Assembly: GCA_965204175.1 (NCBI GenBank)
Contig: OZ241978.1
Span: 3,814,164-3,878,163, forward strand
DNA length: 64,000 nucleotides
From: Vicinamibacterales bacterium
GTDB lineage: Bacteria > Acidobacteriota > Vicinamibacteria > Vicinamibacterales > UBA8438
Direction: 5' to 3'
The notes below the pieces were generated by a model. That model searched no databases. It was not told the DNA's origin and saw only the letters and a list, made by a program, of their open reading frames with translations. Within the stretch, counting starts at the first letter, position 1. Every line of letters starts with the position of its first letter. Positions 38,275 to 48,235 of the stretch are shown here, piece by piece. The position numbers were made by a program, and so were the translations under genes.

Positions 38275-40551
38275 GTGCCCAAGCGGACCGACAAGCGGCA
38301 ACCGGCCCCCACGGCGTGGCGCGGCGAGCCCCGCGACGTGCGACCCATGTTGGCCGAATCGGCCCCGGCGAGCTCGCACGCCCGACTTCTCGCAAAGCCG
38401 AATCTCGTCTTCGAGCCCAAGTACGACGGCATCCGCGCTCTGGCAGCGCTGGACGGCGGCAATGCTCCCTGCATCTACACGCGGCTGGGCCGCGACAAGA
38501 CCGCGCAGTTCCCGGACCTGGTCGGGCCGCTGGCCGCACTCGCCGATCGACTCGGGCGGCCGGCGCTGCTCGACGGCGAGATCGTGGCGATCGACGCGCG
38601 GGGCGCGGCGCTGCCCTTCCAGCATCTGCAGGAACGGCTGCACGCCCGCGGCCATGGGGTGCGGACGGCGGCGCGGCACGTTGCGGCCGCGCTCATGGTC
38701 TTCGACCTGCTGCGTGACGGCGACGAGGATCTGCGACCGCTTTCGTTCACTGCGCGTCGGCGCCGGCTGGAACGCCTGTTGGGCCCCGACGCCTCGGATG
38801 CAGTGCGGCTGGTCGACAGCACGGCCGGCAACGGCGCGGAGCTGGCGGCTCGGGGCCTGGACAACGAGTGGGAGGGAATCATCGCCAAGCAGCCGGACGG
38901 GCGCTACGTTGCCGGCCGCGGCTCGTCGTGGCAGAAGCTGAAGTTCACCCGGACGGAAGAGTTCGTGGTCGGTGGCTGGACCGCACCGCGCGGGTCGCGC
39001 CGCCATTTCGGCGCGCTGCTGCTCGGCTACTACCCGGAAGGGAGCCGCCGTTCACGGACCGCACCGCTCGTCTTCGCGGGGCAGGTCGGTACCGGGTTCA
39101 CCGACGCCGAGCTGGATCGCCTCGCCGAGCGCCTGGCGCCGCTGGCGACGGAAACGCCCCCGTTCGTCGCACTGGCCCCTCCGAAGCCTTCGGAGAAGCG
39201 GCGCTGGGTCGAGCCGGTCCTCGTCGTCCAGACGTCGTTCGGCCAGTGGACACGGGACGGCGTGCTGCGACATCCGGTATACCAGGGGCTGCGGGAGGAC
39301 AAGCGGGCGCTGGAGGTCCGATTGCCGGCCCGCCGTCCACCTGCTGATCGTGCGCTCGAAGCAGCTTCGCCGTCTCCCGCGAAACCGCCCGGCGACCGGC
39401 CGGCGCGGCGGACCACGGTCGCGGCCGGCACATCGCAGCGCACGACTCGACCGGCGGCAGCGGCCCGCTCGAGCACAGAGGTACCGGCGGCAGGGACAGC
39501 CACGAATCGGCGCGTGCGCCGCAACCGAGGGCGCCCGCAACCACCGCTCGTGAATTCGCCGCATCCCGAACCGGCGGTCGACGACATGCTGGCGCAGCTC
39601 GAGGACCTCGAGCGCAGCCGGCGGCGCGGCACCCTCGTCCTGAGCGACGGCGCACGGGTCCCCGTCGGCAACCTCCACAAGGTGTTCTGGCCCGGACCGG
39701 GCGTCACCAAGGGCGAGCTGCTGCGCTTCCATCTCCGCGCGGCCCCGTACCTGCTGCCGGTCGTCGAGGACCGGCCGCTGGTCATGAAGCGGTTCCCCAA
39801 CGGCGTCGAGGGCAAGTCGTTCTACCAGCACCGTGCTCCGGACCCGCTGCCGGACGGCCTGCGCGTGGCGACGGTCCGCGAGAGCCCGGACAAGCCGTCG
39901 TCGGTGGTGCCGTACCTGGTCGGCGGCCGGCTCCAGACCCTGCTCTACATGGCGCAGCTCGCGGTGATCTCCCAGGATCCGTGGTTCTCGACGTTGCCGG
40001 ACATCGAGGCCGCGGACCTGGTCGCCCTCGACCTCGACCCGATGCCGGAGGCCTCCTTCGACCGCGTGCTGGACGTCGCCTGCTGGCTGCACGACGAGCT
40101 CGAGCGGCTGGGCGTGCCCTGCTTCGCCAAGACGTCCGGCTCCGAGGGACTGCACATCTTCATTCCGCTGCCCCCCGGCACCCCCTACGAAGCGGGCATG
40201 ATCTTCTGCCAGATCGTCGCCACCGTCGTGGCCTCGGCGCAGCCGGCCGCGGCCACCGTCGAGCGCATGGTCAGGCAGCGCCGTCCCGACGCGGTCTACG
40301 TCGACTACCTGCAGAACATCTACGGCAAGACGCTCGCCTGCGCCTACAGCGCGCGCGCCAGCTCGTTCGCCGGGGTATCGACGCCGCTCACGTGGAGGGA
40401 GGTGCACGAAGGAGTCGCGGCAGGGCTTCGGCCGCAGGACTTCACGCTACGGTCCATCTTCGGGCGGCTCGGGCAGGTCGGCGACCTGTGGGCGGAGCTG
40501 CGGGCCGCGGAGCCGGCGCGGCTGGAGGCGGCGTTCGCCTACGAGGAGTAG
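38275..40551 (+). CDS. ligD: ATP-dependent DNA ligase LigD, ligase domain plus C-terminal polymerase/primase domain (no phosphoesterase domain seen)
   Basis: Ligase motif I FEPKYDGIRA, ...EGIIAK..., WQKLKF. A long Pro/Arg/Ala-rich linker, then the LigD-Pol region (LHKVFWP...TKGELLRFH..., MKRFPNG, FAKTSGSEGLHIFIPL, VYVDYLQN). Start uncertain (38215, GTG 38275 or ATG 38347). Confidence 0.85.
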   Translation: MPKRTDKRQPAPTAWRGEPRDVRPMLAESAPASSHARLLAKPNLVFEPKYDGIRALAALDGGNAPCIYTRLGRDKTAQFPDLVGPLAALADRLGRPALLDGEIVAIDARGAALPFQHLQERLHARGHGVRTAARHVAAALMVFDLLRDGDEDLRPLSFTARRRRLERLLGPDASDAVRLVDSTAGNGAELAARGLDNEWEGIIAKQPDGRYVAGRGSSWQKLKFTRTEEFVVGGWTAPRGSRRHFGALLLGYYPEGSRRSRTAPLVFAGQVGTGFTDAELDRLAERLAPLATETPPFVALAPPKPSEKRRWVEPVLVVQTSFGQWTRDGVLRHPVYQGLREDKRALEVRLPARRPPADRALEAASPSPAKPPGDRPARRTTVAAGTSQRTTRPAAAARSSTEVPAAGTATNRRVRRNRGRPQPPLVNSPHPEPAVDDMLAQLEDLERSRRRGTLVLSDGARVPVGNLHKVFWPGPGVTKGELLRFHLRAAPYLLPVVEDRPLVMKRFPNGVEGKSFYQHRAPDPLPDGLRVATVRESPDKPSSVVPYLVGGRLQTLLYMAQLAVISQDPWFSTLPDIEAADLVALDLDPMPEASFDRVLDVACWLHDELERLGVPCFAKTSGSEGLHIFIPLPPGTPYEAGMIFCQIVATVVASAQPAAATVERMVRQRRPDAVYVDYLQNIYGKTLACAYSARASSFAGVSTPLTWREVHEGVAAGLRPQDFTLRSIFGRLGQVGDLWAELRAAEPARLEAAFAYEE

Positions 40552-40579
40552 CGGGCCGCGTGATAGGATGATGGCTCGC

Positions 40580-40656
40580 GCGCCCGTAGCTCAGCTGGAT
40601 AGAGCGCCGGGCTTCGAACCCGTAGGTCGGGGGTTCAAATCCCTCCGGGCGCGCCA
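40580..40656 (+). tRNA. tRNA-Arg (anticodon TCG), CCA encoded
   Basis: Hand fold: GCGCCCG TA GCTC AGCTGGATA GAGC G CCGGG CTTCGAA CCCGT AGGTC GGGGG TTCAAAT CCCTC CGGGCGC G CCA. There is one 27:43 mismatch. Confidence 0.85.
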
Positions 40657-40713
40657 AAGCGGTCACCGTTCGATGCCGCCGGATGACCCGTCGGCGCGCG
40701 AATCGTGGAGAAC

Positions 40714-40790
<77 letters not shown>

Positions 40791-40800
40791 ACTCTTCAGG

Positions 40801-40828
40801 CCCTCTTCCCGCAAGAAAGGGGCTTTTT
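40801..40828 (+). terminator. Possible rho-independent terminator after the tRNA-Arg pair
   Basis: CCCTCTTC-ccgcaa-GAAAGGGG followed by CTTTTT. The 8-bp stem has one mismatch and one G:U pair. Confidence 0.45.
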
Positions 40829-40999
40829 CGCCTCGAATCGGCACTTGATCCTGCAATCGTCGGAGACACGCTCCAGGTATAATCTGCTGACTCGCAGCAG
40901 CTTATGCCCCTCGAACCCCTGCTGGCCGGTGGCGAGCAGCGGCTGAGGAGCCAAACGGGTGCGATCGACGACGGTACTCGATTCAGGAGCGGAACATTC

Positions 41000-43303
41000 A
41001 TGGCCGCCATGAAGTCTGTGCTGGTGGTGCTCGGTGTGCTCCTGTTCCCCCCGTCCGGCGTTCGGGCCCAGCCGGCTACGTCAGCAGAACCGCCGGACGT
41101 GCCCGCCGACATCGAAGAGTGGATGCGCACCGCATGGGGCCTGGAGCCGCAGGTGCTTGGCGTCACCGACACGCACTTTCTGTCGTCGTTGAGCGCGAGC
41201 GAACGGCACGGCGCGTTTCTGTTCAAGCAGCGCTGCAACACGTGTCACTACTCGACGATGTCAACCACCAGAGGCGCCGGGGCAGGCCTCGTCGACGCGA
41301 CATCCTACGGGCCGCCGCTCTCCAGGACGAATGTCGAAGGGGAGGACCGCGAACGCGCGGTGCGACGGCTCATCTCCGAAGGCTCAGCCACGATGCCGGC
41401 GTTCAGGTACGCCCTCCGGCCCGAGCAGATCGACTCGATCATCGGCTACCTCAAGAGAGTCGAGACGCTCCGCCCGCCGGTGGTGGACCGGCTGGTCGAG
41501 CTCTCGTCGCCGAGTGTGGCCGACCCCGTGTCGTTCGGCGAGACCGCCGGTCCCCTGTGGGGGACCGTTACATCGACGTCAGGCGAGAGGCTCGAGGGCG
41601 TTACCGTGTCTGCCCGGGCGCCGGGGCGGAACGTCACCACGAGCGTGTTCACCGACAGTGACGGCGAGTACCATTTCCCGCCCCTCGAGGCTGGACGGCC
41701 CTACAAGGTCTGGGCGCAGGCCCAGGCCTTCGAGGCGGCCCGCGCGGAGGTGGCGCTGAGCGAGGCCGGGGCCAGACGGAACTTCACGCTCACCCCTACC
41801 GCGGACTTCCACAATCAGCTGACGGGGAGCCAATGGTATGCGGCGCTGCCGGACGGCACCCGTGAGGACCTCCGGATGAAGGAGGTCTTTCGGGCGGCCT
41901 GTATGGGATGTCATCCGCAGAACTTCACGCTGATCAGCCGATTCGACGAGGCCGGCTGGCGGAACATCATCGACGTGATGAGCCGGATGCACCCGTATCG
42001 GTATGGCACTCCGGCCGCCGCGGCCCGTCGCCGGCCGAACGCGATCATGGTCCACTTCCGGGATGAGCTGGCGGCGTGGCTGGCGAAGGTGCGTGGTCCG
42101 GGCCCGTCGCCCATGACGTTCACGCCCCGTCGTCCGACGGGGGACTCGACGCTGATGATCGCCCGCGAATACGACGCGCCCGAGCCCGGTTTCGGATTGC
42201 CGTTCTTCAACGATGGCAGCACCGATTGGGCGCTCGGCCCTGTCGATTTCATGGACGAGTCCAAGCACCACGCGATGAACGCCACGCTGGATGACGATGG
42301 CAACGTGTGGATGGCCGACATGTTCAACATCACCCGCACCGTCGTCAGATACGACTGGCGGACCGGGCACGCGACGAACTTCGTGCTGTCGGAGACACCG
42401 GACGCTCCCCGCGCGAACTCGCACGACATCATCCGGGACGACGCCGGGGTCGTGTGGTTCGACATGAGCAACATTGGTGCGCTGGGGCGCATCGACCCGC
42501 GGACGGGCGAATGGGCCATCATTCGCCCGCCCGAGGGGGCACGCGTGGGGCCCTGGATTGGCGGCGACGGGCGAGGTGGCATCTGGGCCGCGGGGGCGAC
42601 GAACGACGCGAAGGCGATGCGCTACGACACGAGGACCCGCGACTGGACGCTCTTCGAGAATCCGGTTCCGAACGCCTCGAACTACGGGATGACCGGCGAT
42701 GGCGCCGGCAATGGCTGGTGGTCGACCGCCATTCCGCGGGACGGGTTGATGAAGGCGGACCTCGAGACCGGCCAGGCCACGTTCGTGCCTCTACCCGCAG
42801 CGGTGAACGACAGGAGCGACCTGTTCACCGCGGAGGAGCTGGCGGTCTTCGCCGATCGCCTGACGTTCTACGGCTACGGGAGGCCGGGCGCCGTGGCGAT
42901 TCGCAAGCCGGGCGCCGATCCGCGGAGCACCACGTTCTGGGGCTGCTCGTGGTACGGTGGCGGCCTGCTGAAGCTCGACAGCCGCTCTGACCTCGAAGAG
43001 ATGTATCCCTTTCCGCCCGAGCATGAGGACGGGAACTGCTACGAGACGTCGGTGGACGAAGACGGCATGGTGTGGCTGCCGTTCACGCATGGCGATTCGA
43101 TCGCGAAGTTCGATCCCGGCACGGAAGCGTGGACCAGCTATTTCCTGCCGACGATCGGGACCAAGACCCACGGGCTGCAGGCGGTGACGGTGAATGGCCG
43201 CAACCAGATCGGCATGGGCTACCTTGGGGCCGGGAAAGTGGCGAAGCTGGAGTTCCGGACGCGGGAGGAGCTGCAGCGACTGAAAGCGGAGACGAGACCA
43301 TGA
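41000..43303 (+). CDS. Secreted multidomain protein: c-type cytochrome motifs, a carboxypeptidase-regulatory-like domain and a beta-propeller-like C-terminus
   Basis: Signal peptide [24 protein letters not shown] and two CxxCH motifs (CNTCH, CMGCH). [39 protein letters not shown] is a CarboxypepD_reg-like segment. Confidence 0.6.
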   Translation: MAAMKSVLVVLGVLLFPPSGVRAQPATSAEPPDVPADIEEWMRTAWGLEPQVLGVTDTHFLSSLSASERHGAFLFKQRCNTCHYSTMSTTRGAGAGLVDATSYGPPLSRTNVEGEDRERAVRRLISEGSATMPAFRYALRPEQIDSIIGYLKRVETLRPPVVDRLVELSSPSVADPVSFGETAGPLWGTVTSTSGERLEGVTVSARAPGRNVTTSVFTDSDGEYHFPPLEAGRPYKVWAQAQAFEAARAEVALSEAGARRNFTLTPTADFHNQLTGSQWYAALPDGTREDLRMKEVFRAACMGCHPQNFTLISRFDEAGWRNIIDVMSRMHPYRYGTPAAAARRRPNAIMVHFRDELAAWLAKVRGPGPSPMTFTPRRPTGDSTLMIAREYDAPEPGFGLPFFNDGSTDWALGPVDFMDESKHHAMNATLDDDGNVWMADMFNITRTVVRYDWRTGHATNFVLSETPDAPRANSHDIIRDDAGVVWFDMSNIGALGRIDPRTGEWAIIRPPEGARVGPWIGGDGRGGIWAAGATNDAKAMRYDTRTRDWTLFENPVPNASNYGMTGDGAGNGWWSTAIPRDGLMKADLETGQATFVPLPAAVNDRSDLFTAEELAVFADRLTFYGYGRPGAVAIRKPGADPRSTTFWGCSWYGGGLLKLDSRSDLEEMYPFPPEHEDGNCYETSVDEDGMVWLPFTHGDSIAKFDPGTEAWTSYFLPTIGTKTHGLQAVTVNGRNQIGMGYLGAGKVAKLEFRTREELQRLKAETRP

Positions 43304-44586
43304 GCATGGCTCAGTACGTCCTGCGATGCCTCGGGCTGGCCGGCGCCCTCGCGGCGCTTCCGTGCTCGGCGCCGGCGCAGCCGGCCGACGAGGCGGGCCC
43401 GCCCCGTACGCCCTGGGGCGTGCCGGATCTCCAGGGGACCTGGTCGCTTCCCACGATGACGCCCCTCGAGCGACCGGCCGAACTCGAGGACAGACTTCGT
43501 CTCACGGAAGAAGAAGAGGCGGAGTTTCTTGCCACGCGGCGGCGCGGCATCCGCCAGCGGCTCGCTCGGTCCCTGAACGCCGACTTCGAGCTGGGCGGTG
43601 GCGGGGTCGACCAGTCCATCTACGACCATCCGCTGCTGGACGGGCGCACGTCGCTCGTCGTCTCACCCGAGAACGGGCGGATTCCACGCACCGAGGAAGG
43701 CCGCTACCGGGTGGGCATGCCAGGTCGGCGCATGAGCGGCATCCCGGAGGGCCCCGAGGACCGGGCACTGGACGAACGCTGCCTGGTGGGCGGGATGCTG
43801 CCGCTCCGAGGGAGTGCGTTCCCGGCCCGGATCTTCCAGACCCCGGATCATGTGGTCATCCACTACGAGTTCATCAACGCCACGATCACGATCCCGCTGG
43901 ACGACCGGCCGCAGGTGTCCAGCGCCATCCAGCAGTGGACCGGGACCTCGCGCGGCTCCTGGGACGGCGACACCCTGGTGATCGAATCGACGAACTTCGA
44001 CCCGCGCTGGACCTTTGCGGGTTCCGGGGCGGGTATGCGTCTGGTGCAGCGTCTAACGCGGATCGACCAGGCCACGATGCATCTGGAGTACACCGTCTAC
44101 GACCCGGACTCGTTCACGGAGCCGTGGTCGGCGGAGTACCCGCTGACCAACACCGGGGAGCCGATCTACGAGTTTGCCTGTCACGAAGGCAATCGGAGCA
44201 TGACGCTGATGTTGAACGGCGCGCGGGCCACCGAGCAGATAGCCCGGTTCGTCGGCGCGTTCGGTCTCTCGTCGTTCGAGCGGGTCGGTGGGGCGGCCGC
44301 AGGCGGTCCGGCGTTCACCGACGGGATGCTGTCGTATGACGCCAGCGACCGGGTGTCGGTCCAGCTTTCAGGCCGTGAGAGCTATCTGGCCTACTACGGC
44401 CGATATGACGTGAACGTCACTCGGAGAGTCGTCGAGCATGAGGTCGAGGGCGGGTCTCGACCGGATGTGCGGGGCAGGACGCTGAGCTACTCGTACGACC
44501 TCGCGGACGACGGCGACACGCTGGTGCTGTCGCTGATGGGTGACGACGGAGTTGAGAGCCGCGCCACCTGGCAGCGTCATCGCTAG
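43300..44586 (+). CDS. Secreted hypothetical protein (C-terminal lipocalin-like region)
   Basis: ATGA overlap with the upstream gene. Signal peptide [27 protein letters not shown]. The protein-like composition favours this frame; no catalytic motif was recognised. Confidence 0.55.
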   Translation: MSMAQYVLRCLGLAGALAALPCSAPAQPADEAGPPRTPWGVPDLQGTWSLPTMTPLERPAELEDRLRLTEEEEAEFLATRRRGIRQRLARSLNADFELGGGGVDQSIYDHPLLDGRTSLVVSPENGRIPRTEEGRYRVGMPGRRMSGIPEGPEDRALDERCLVGGMLPLRGSAFPARIFQTPDHVVIHYEFINATITIPLDDRPQVSSAIQQWTGTSRGSWDGDTLVIESTNFDPRWTFAGSGAGMRLVQRLTRIDQATMHLEYTVYDPDSFTEPWSAEYPLTNTGEPIYEFACHEGNRSMTLMLNGARATEQIARFVGAFGLSSFERVGGAAAGGPAFTDGMLSYDASDRVSVQLSGRESYLAYYGRYDVNVTRRVVEHEVEGGSRPDVRGRTLSYSYDLADDGDTLVLSLMGDDGVESRATWQRHR

Positions 44587-44588
44587 AC

Positions 44589-44715
44589 GTGGGTTTCCTC
44601 GGCGAGGTGGTCGCGACCCGCGCACCCGACGAGGAGATCCACGTGATCCTCGACAACCTGTCCGCCCACAAGACGAAGCTCGTGGAAGGGTTCCTGGACG
44701 AGCATCCGAACGTGA
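44589..44715 (+). pseudogene. IS630-family DDE transposase remnant (short internal fragment only)
   Basis: EEIHVILDNLSAHKTKLVEGFLDEHPNVT matches the conserved IS630/Tc1-like block (D-N-x-x-x-H-K). Neither the N-terminal part nor the following HFTPT...SWLN block is present. Confidence 0.6.
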
Positions 44716-44829
44716 CGAGATCGCCACGTTCGGGGACGTCCTCCACATCGGCGAGTTGCATGCATCCTCCTCGTAGTGCTTGCACCGCAATCGCGTCTAG
44801 ATTACGCTTCCGGACAGAGGCCATGGCGG

Positions 44830-45072
44830 ATGGCGAGCATCACGATTCGCAACCTCGACGACGACGTCAAGACTCGGCTGCGTGTGCGGGCGGCGGACAA
44901 TGGCCGCTCCATGGAAGAGGAAGCGCGACTGATTCTGCGCGATGTCGTCGGGCGCAAGCCGAGTTCCCGGAATCTGACGACCATCATCCGCTCGCACTTC
45001 GGCCCGGTCAACGGCGTGGACCTGGAACTGCCGCCGCGCGAGCCCGGGCGCGAGCCACCGTCCTTCGACTGA
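44830..45072 (+). CDS. vapB: RHH antitoxin, FitA/VapB-like (plasmid-stability type)
   Basis: MASITIRNLDDDVKTRLRVRAADNGRSMEEEARLILRDVV is the classical FitA/Arc-type antitoxin N-terminus. Confidence 0.8.
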   Translation: MASITIRNLDDDVKTRLRVRAADNGRSMEEEARLILRDVVGRKPSSRNLTTIIRSHFGPVNGVDLELPPREPGREPPSFD

Positions 45073-45082
45073 GCCCGCGGCC

Positions 45083-45508
45083 ATGACCGTGCTGCTGGAC
45101 ACGAACGTCGTGTCCGAACTGATGCGCAAGGCGCCTGACCCGACCGTCGCGGTGTGGGCAGCCGGCCACCGCCTGGAGAGCCTGTTCTTCTCCGCGGTCG
45201 GCGAAGCGGAATTGCGCTATGGGGCCGCCATCCTGCCGACAGGCCAGCGCCGGGCGACGCTGATCTCGGACATCGAGAAGATGTTGGGCGAGGCTTTCGA
45301 GAATCGGGTGCTGCCGTTCGACAGCGGCGCGGCGCGCGCATACGCGGACATCGCCGCCAAGCGCCGTTCCACCGGCCGTCCCGTCGGAGCCCCAGACTGC
45401 CAGATCGCAGCAATTGCCCGCTCCCGCCGCATGGCGCTAGCGACGCGCAACATTCGAGACTTCGAGGACGTCGGCATCGAGATCGTCGATCCTTGGACGA
45501 CCCCATGA
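45083..45508 (+). CDS. vapC: PIN-domain toxin, VapC/FitB-like
   Basis: MTVLLDTNVVSELMRKAP...SAVGEAELRYG...PDCQIAAIARSRRMALATRNIRDFEDVGIEIVDPW is a canonical VapC. Confidence 0.85.
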   Translation: MTVLLDTNVVSELMRKAPDPTVAVWAAGHRLESLFFSAVGEAELRYGAAILPTGQRRATLISDIEKMLGEAFENRVLPFDSGAARAYADIAAKRRSTGRPVGAPDCQIAAIARSRRMALATRNIRDFEDVGIEIVDPWTTP

Positions 45509-45651
45509 ACTGTGGACCTCGACGGTGGCCGCCAAGCACGGCAGGGTTGTCTCGTGTCGACCGCCCGTGTATCCCTCGACTAGTACCTGCCAAGCAGGCG
45601 ACCTGCGACCGGTTGACAACGGTCAGCAGTATTCACGGATGATGCCCTGCG

Positions 45652-46683
45652 ATGTGGAAGACGACGCTTCGATCCATCTGGCGGACGCTCAGCATAGCAT
45701 CCGTGCTGCTAAGCGCGTTGGGCCTTCATCGGGCGCAAAGTGACCTTGCGATATGGTGGGATGCCCTGAAGGAGGTTCATCCTGGGGTTCTGTTTCTTGG
45801 GCTTCTCGTCGGCGGTCTGTTGCTCGGGGAGGGGCTGAGATCCGCGGCCACACTCGCGGTATCCCTGCACAGACGGTATTCCAAGTGGCTGCGTTCCGAC
45901 GATGTGGCCTGGGGAATTCAGGTGCGAGGATTCATGCGCCATCCTGAAGGGTACGTGCCTCCCGACCCAAAGTTTGATCTGAACTGGAAGACGGCCTCCG
46001 TCGGCGCACCCTGGAGTGACCGCATAGTCCGCGGTACAGACCCAGTGTGGTTGGCCGTGGCGTTCGCCAGCAGAGACCCCATCTTCAACAGATTCCGCAT
46101 TAGCACTCCCGTAGAAAAGCACAGGATGGACGAGTGGAATGCCCGATTCAGCGAATACGAGACACAGGACTGGCACGCGGGGCATCGGGCGAAGGACAAG
46201 TTCTTCGAGTACCGCATTCCAAAGACGGGAGAGTATTCGGGGCCAATCCCGCTCGACCCCGTCCTCAAGAGCGGATACAATCGTATCTGCGAGCGGTCAT
46301 TGGAACATGCGGCGACACAAACGGTGGCGTTCGAGATCGCCGATATCGATTGCATGCGTGAGTTGTTGATCAGCTATTCGGTCGACAACGCTGGCATAAG
46401 CGTTCGATTTCGCAATCCAGGCCGACTCACGACCATACCTGACACCGAAAACCGAAACCGAAGAGTGGAGGAAGGCGAAGGCATCCTCGTCACTTTGTCC
46501 AACGGAACACGGACTGCGGAACTCGGGTGTTCGCTCCCGGAGACCGCGGAGGACAGAAGCCTACAGTGCCTGTTGGCGTTCCGACAGGCCCCCCTCCCCA
46601 ACAGGAACCCGAGACTCGTGGACGAACTTGCCATAGTCGTGAACGAGGCGGCCCGTGGCAGTCTGGTCGTCTATTGGAAGTGA
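45652..46683 (+). CDS. Hypothetical membrane-anchored protein, no recognisable domain, lower-GC gene
   Basis: 343-aa ORF with two N-terminal hydrophobic segments (LSIASVLLSALGL, VLFLGLLVGGLLLGEGL). Amino-acid composition is balanced. GC is about 57-60% by hand count of sampled lines, against about 70% in the surroundings. Confidence 0.55.
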   Translation: MWKTTLRSIWRTLSIASVLLSALGLHRAQSDLAIWWDALKEVHPGVLFLGLLVGGLLLGEGLRSAATLAVSLHRRYSKWLRSDDVAWGIQVRGFMRHPEGYVPPDPKFDLNWKTASVGAPWSDRIVRGTDPVWLAVAFASRDPIFNRFRISTPVEKHRMDEWNARFSEYETQDWHAGHRAKDKFFEYRIPKTGEYSGPIPLDPVLKSGYNRICERSLEHAATQTVAFEIADIDCMRELLISYSVDNAGISVRFRNPGRLTTIPDTENRNRRVEEGEGILVTLSNGTRTAELGCSLPETAEDRSLQCLLAFRQAPLPNRNPRLVDELAIVVNEAARGSLVVYWK

Positions 46684-46995
46684 CTCGCCGCGAAATTGGC
46701 CCCATGCAAAAGCGAGCAAGCGTCAGCACCATGGATCCCGACAACGGCGCTCTTCGTCGGCAACCGCAATACGTGCCGACGTTCGCCAATAGTTGGGGGA
46801 AGGCCTGCAGCGTCGCTGAGTCGGGAACGGTCAGCTTAGCCTGACGCTGACGCTATGATGGAGCCTACCAGCGTGCATGCCTGAACCGAGAACCTCAACG
46901 TTCCGCGGAGTCGTCGCGACCAGGCTAGCTTTCCGAAGCAACTCGGCTCCGCGAGGCGCTTTCGGAGCACCGGTCCGGGACTTCGCGCGTTGGCC

Positions 46996-47517
46996 TCACA
47001 GGTTCCCGCGCCAGCAGCGCAGGCCGACCTGCGTTAGCCGCTCCTTCAAGAGCCGCTCGAACGACCGGGCATCCGGGGCTGTAGACGCAGAATGGAGCTC
47101 GCCGGCGCTGATCTTGCAAGCACACGTCCCCTCCGGCCCCACAGTAACGCTCACTTCGACCAAGCGGTCACCGGCGACCTCGGCGGTGGCTGCGATGAAG
47201 CCCTCCTCGGTCACCTGCACACCGGTCACGCGGCAGCCGAACGTCGCGCACAGGAACCGCAGGACCGACTCGGCGTACCACGCCGCGGCTGCCCCGTCCT
47301 TCCTGCATCCGACCTCCGCCCTGTCGGTCGCTTCGCGCAGGGCGTCGGCCGCCGCGCGGACAGTCGCCGTTTCGCGCAGGTCGGCCGGCAGCGACTCGAT
47401 GTCGTAGCGTCGCGGCACCACGGCTGGGCGGCCGGCCCCGAGGAGGGCCAGCAGCGTCTCGACACGCGCCCGCGCCCTACCGGACCGTCGGGCCGCACGT
47501 CGTGCCCGAGCTAACAT
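46996..47517 (-). CDS. Hypothetical protein
   Basis: The 173-aa minus-strand ORF has a protein-like composition, while the overlapping plus-strand ORFs are Arg/Ser/Pro-rich shadow frames. No domain was recognised. Confidence 0.4.
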   Translation of the reverse strand: MLARARRAARRSGRARARVETLLALLGAGRPAVVPRRYDIESLPADLRETATVRAAADALREATDRAEVGCRKDGAAAAWYAESVLRFLCATFGCRVTGVQVTEEGFIAATAEVAGDRLVEVSVTVGPEGTCACKISAGELHSASTAPDARSFERLLKERLTQVGLRCWRGNL

Positions 47518-47889
47518 CGACGATTAGCATTACCAGCCACCACCGCCTCTTGACAATGAGCGGCGTTGCCCCCACCGCAGCCGCTCCGGGAATGTCCCGG
47601 ACGCTGTTGAACTTGAGGTGAAGCGGGTGGCGACTCCTCGCCCCCGTTCTGTGGTAGGACAGGGGTGGAATCAAAGAGGAGGAGAGCCACCCATGGCGAA
47701 GCATGACAGGCGGAAGACTTCCAGCCACCCCCCCAGCTCTGGTAGCGGCAAGATGAAAAGGGACCCCGTGGCCACTTGAAAAGGGACCCCCTGAGCACTC
47801 ACGAAATGGCGGTCCTGTGGCGATGGATCGATGGGACGAGGCACGGTTCGTCTCGTCGACATCGCCAGGAGGACGCGGAGGTGATCAGG

Positions 47890-48135
47890 ATGAGTCAGTG
47901 GGCCGAGATCCGCCACCTGCATCTGGTGGAGGGGTTACCGAAGAAGGAGATTGCGCGGCGTCTGCAGTTGGACGTCAAGACGGTGCGCCGCGCCGTAGAC
48001 CAGCCGACACCGCCGGTGCGGGTGTCGGCGCCGCGAGTCAGCAGCCTGGATCCGTGGCGGGACCAGATCACGCAGTGGTTGCGCGACGACCGGAAGTTGA
48101 CCGCGAAGCGGATCCGCCGATTGCTCCTCGGTGAG
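47890..48135 (+). pseudogene. istA: Outer IS21 istA, 5' part (HTH region), cut by the inner IS21
   Basis: MSQWAEIRHLHLVEGLPKKEIARRLQLDVKTVRRAV...LDPWRDQITQWLRDDRKLTAKRIRRLL is a typical IstA N-terminus. The reading frame runs into the inner IS terminal repeat after ...LLGE. Confidence 0.8.
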
Positions 48136-48182
48136 CGCCCAAATCCGGCCATTAGTGGGCGGCTGAAAACCGGCCATTTCCG
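48136..48182 (+). repeat. Left terminal inverted repeat region of the inner IS21 (two copies of the ccggccatt core)
   Basis: Direct comparison with the reverse complement of 51471-51523. A further copy of aaatccggccattt lies at about 48411-48425 inside istA. Confidence 0.8.
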
Positions 48183-48235
48183 ATAGCGGCCCGAGACGTT
48201 GACGCGGGTCGGGAACTCGACGTTCCTGCCCCGGC

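Noticed and set aside
47776-47889. ATG at 47776 as the start of the outer istA (136-aa ORF 47776-48186).
   Set aside because: The first 38 codons overlap the putative left terminal repeats and do not resemble IstA. The conserved IstA N-terminus begins at MSQWAEIRHL (47890), and the 3' end of that ORF is inner-IS terminal repeat sequence.
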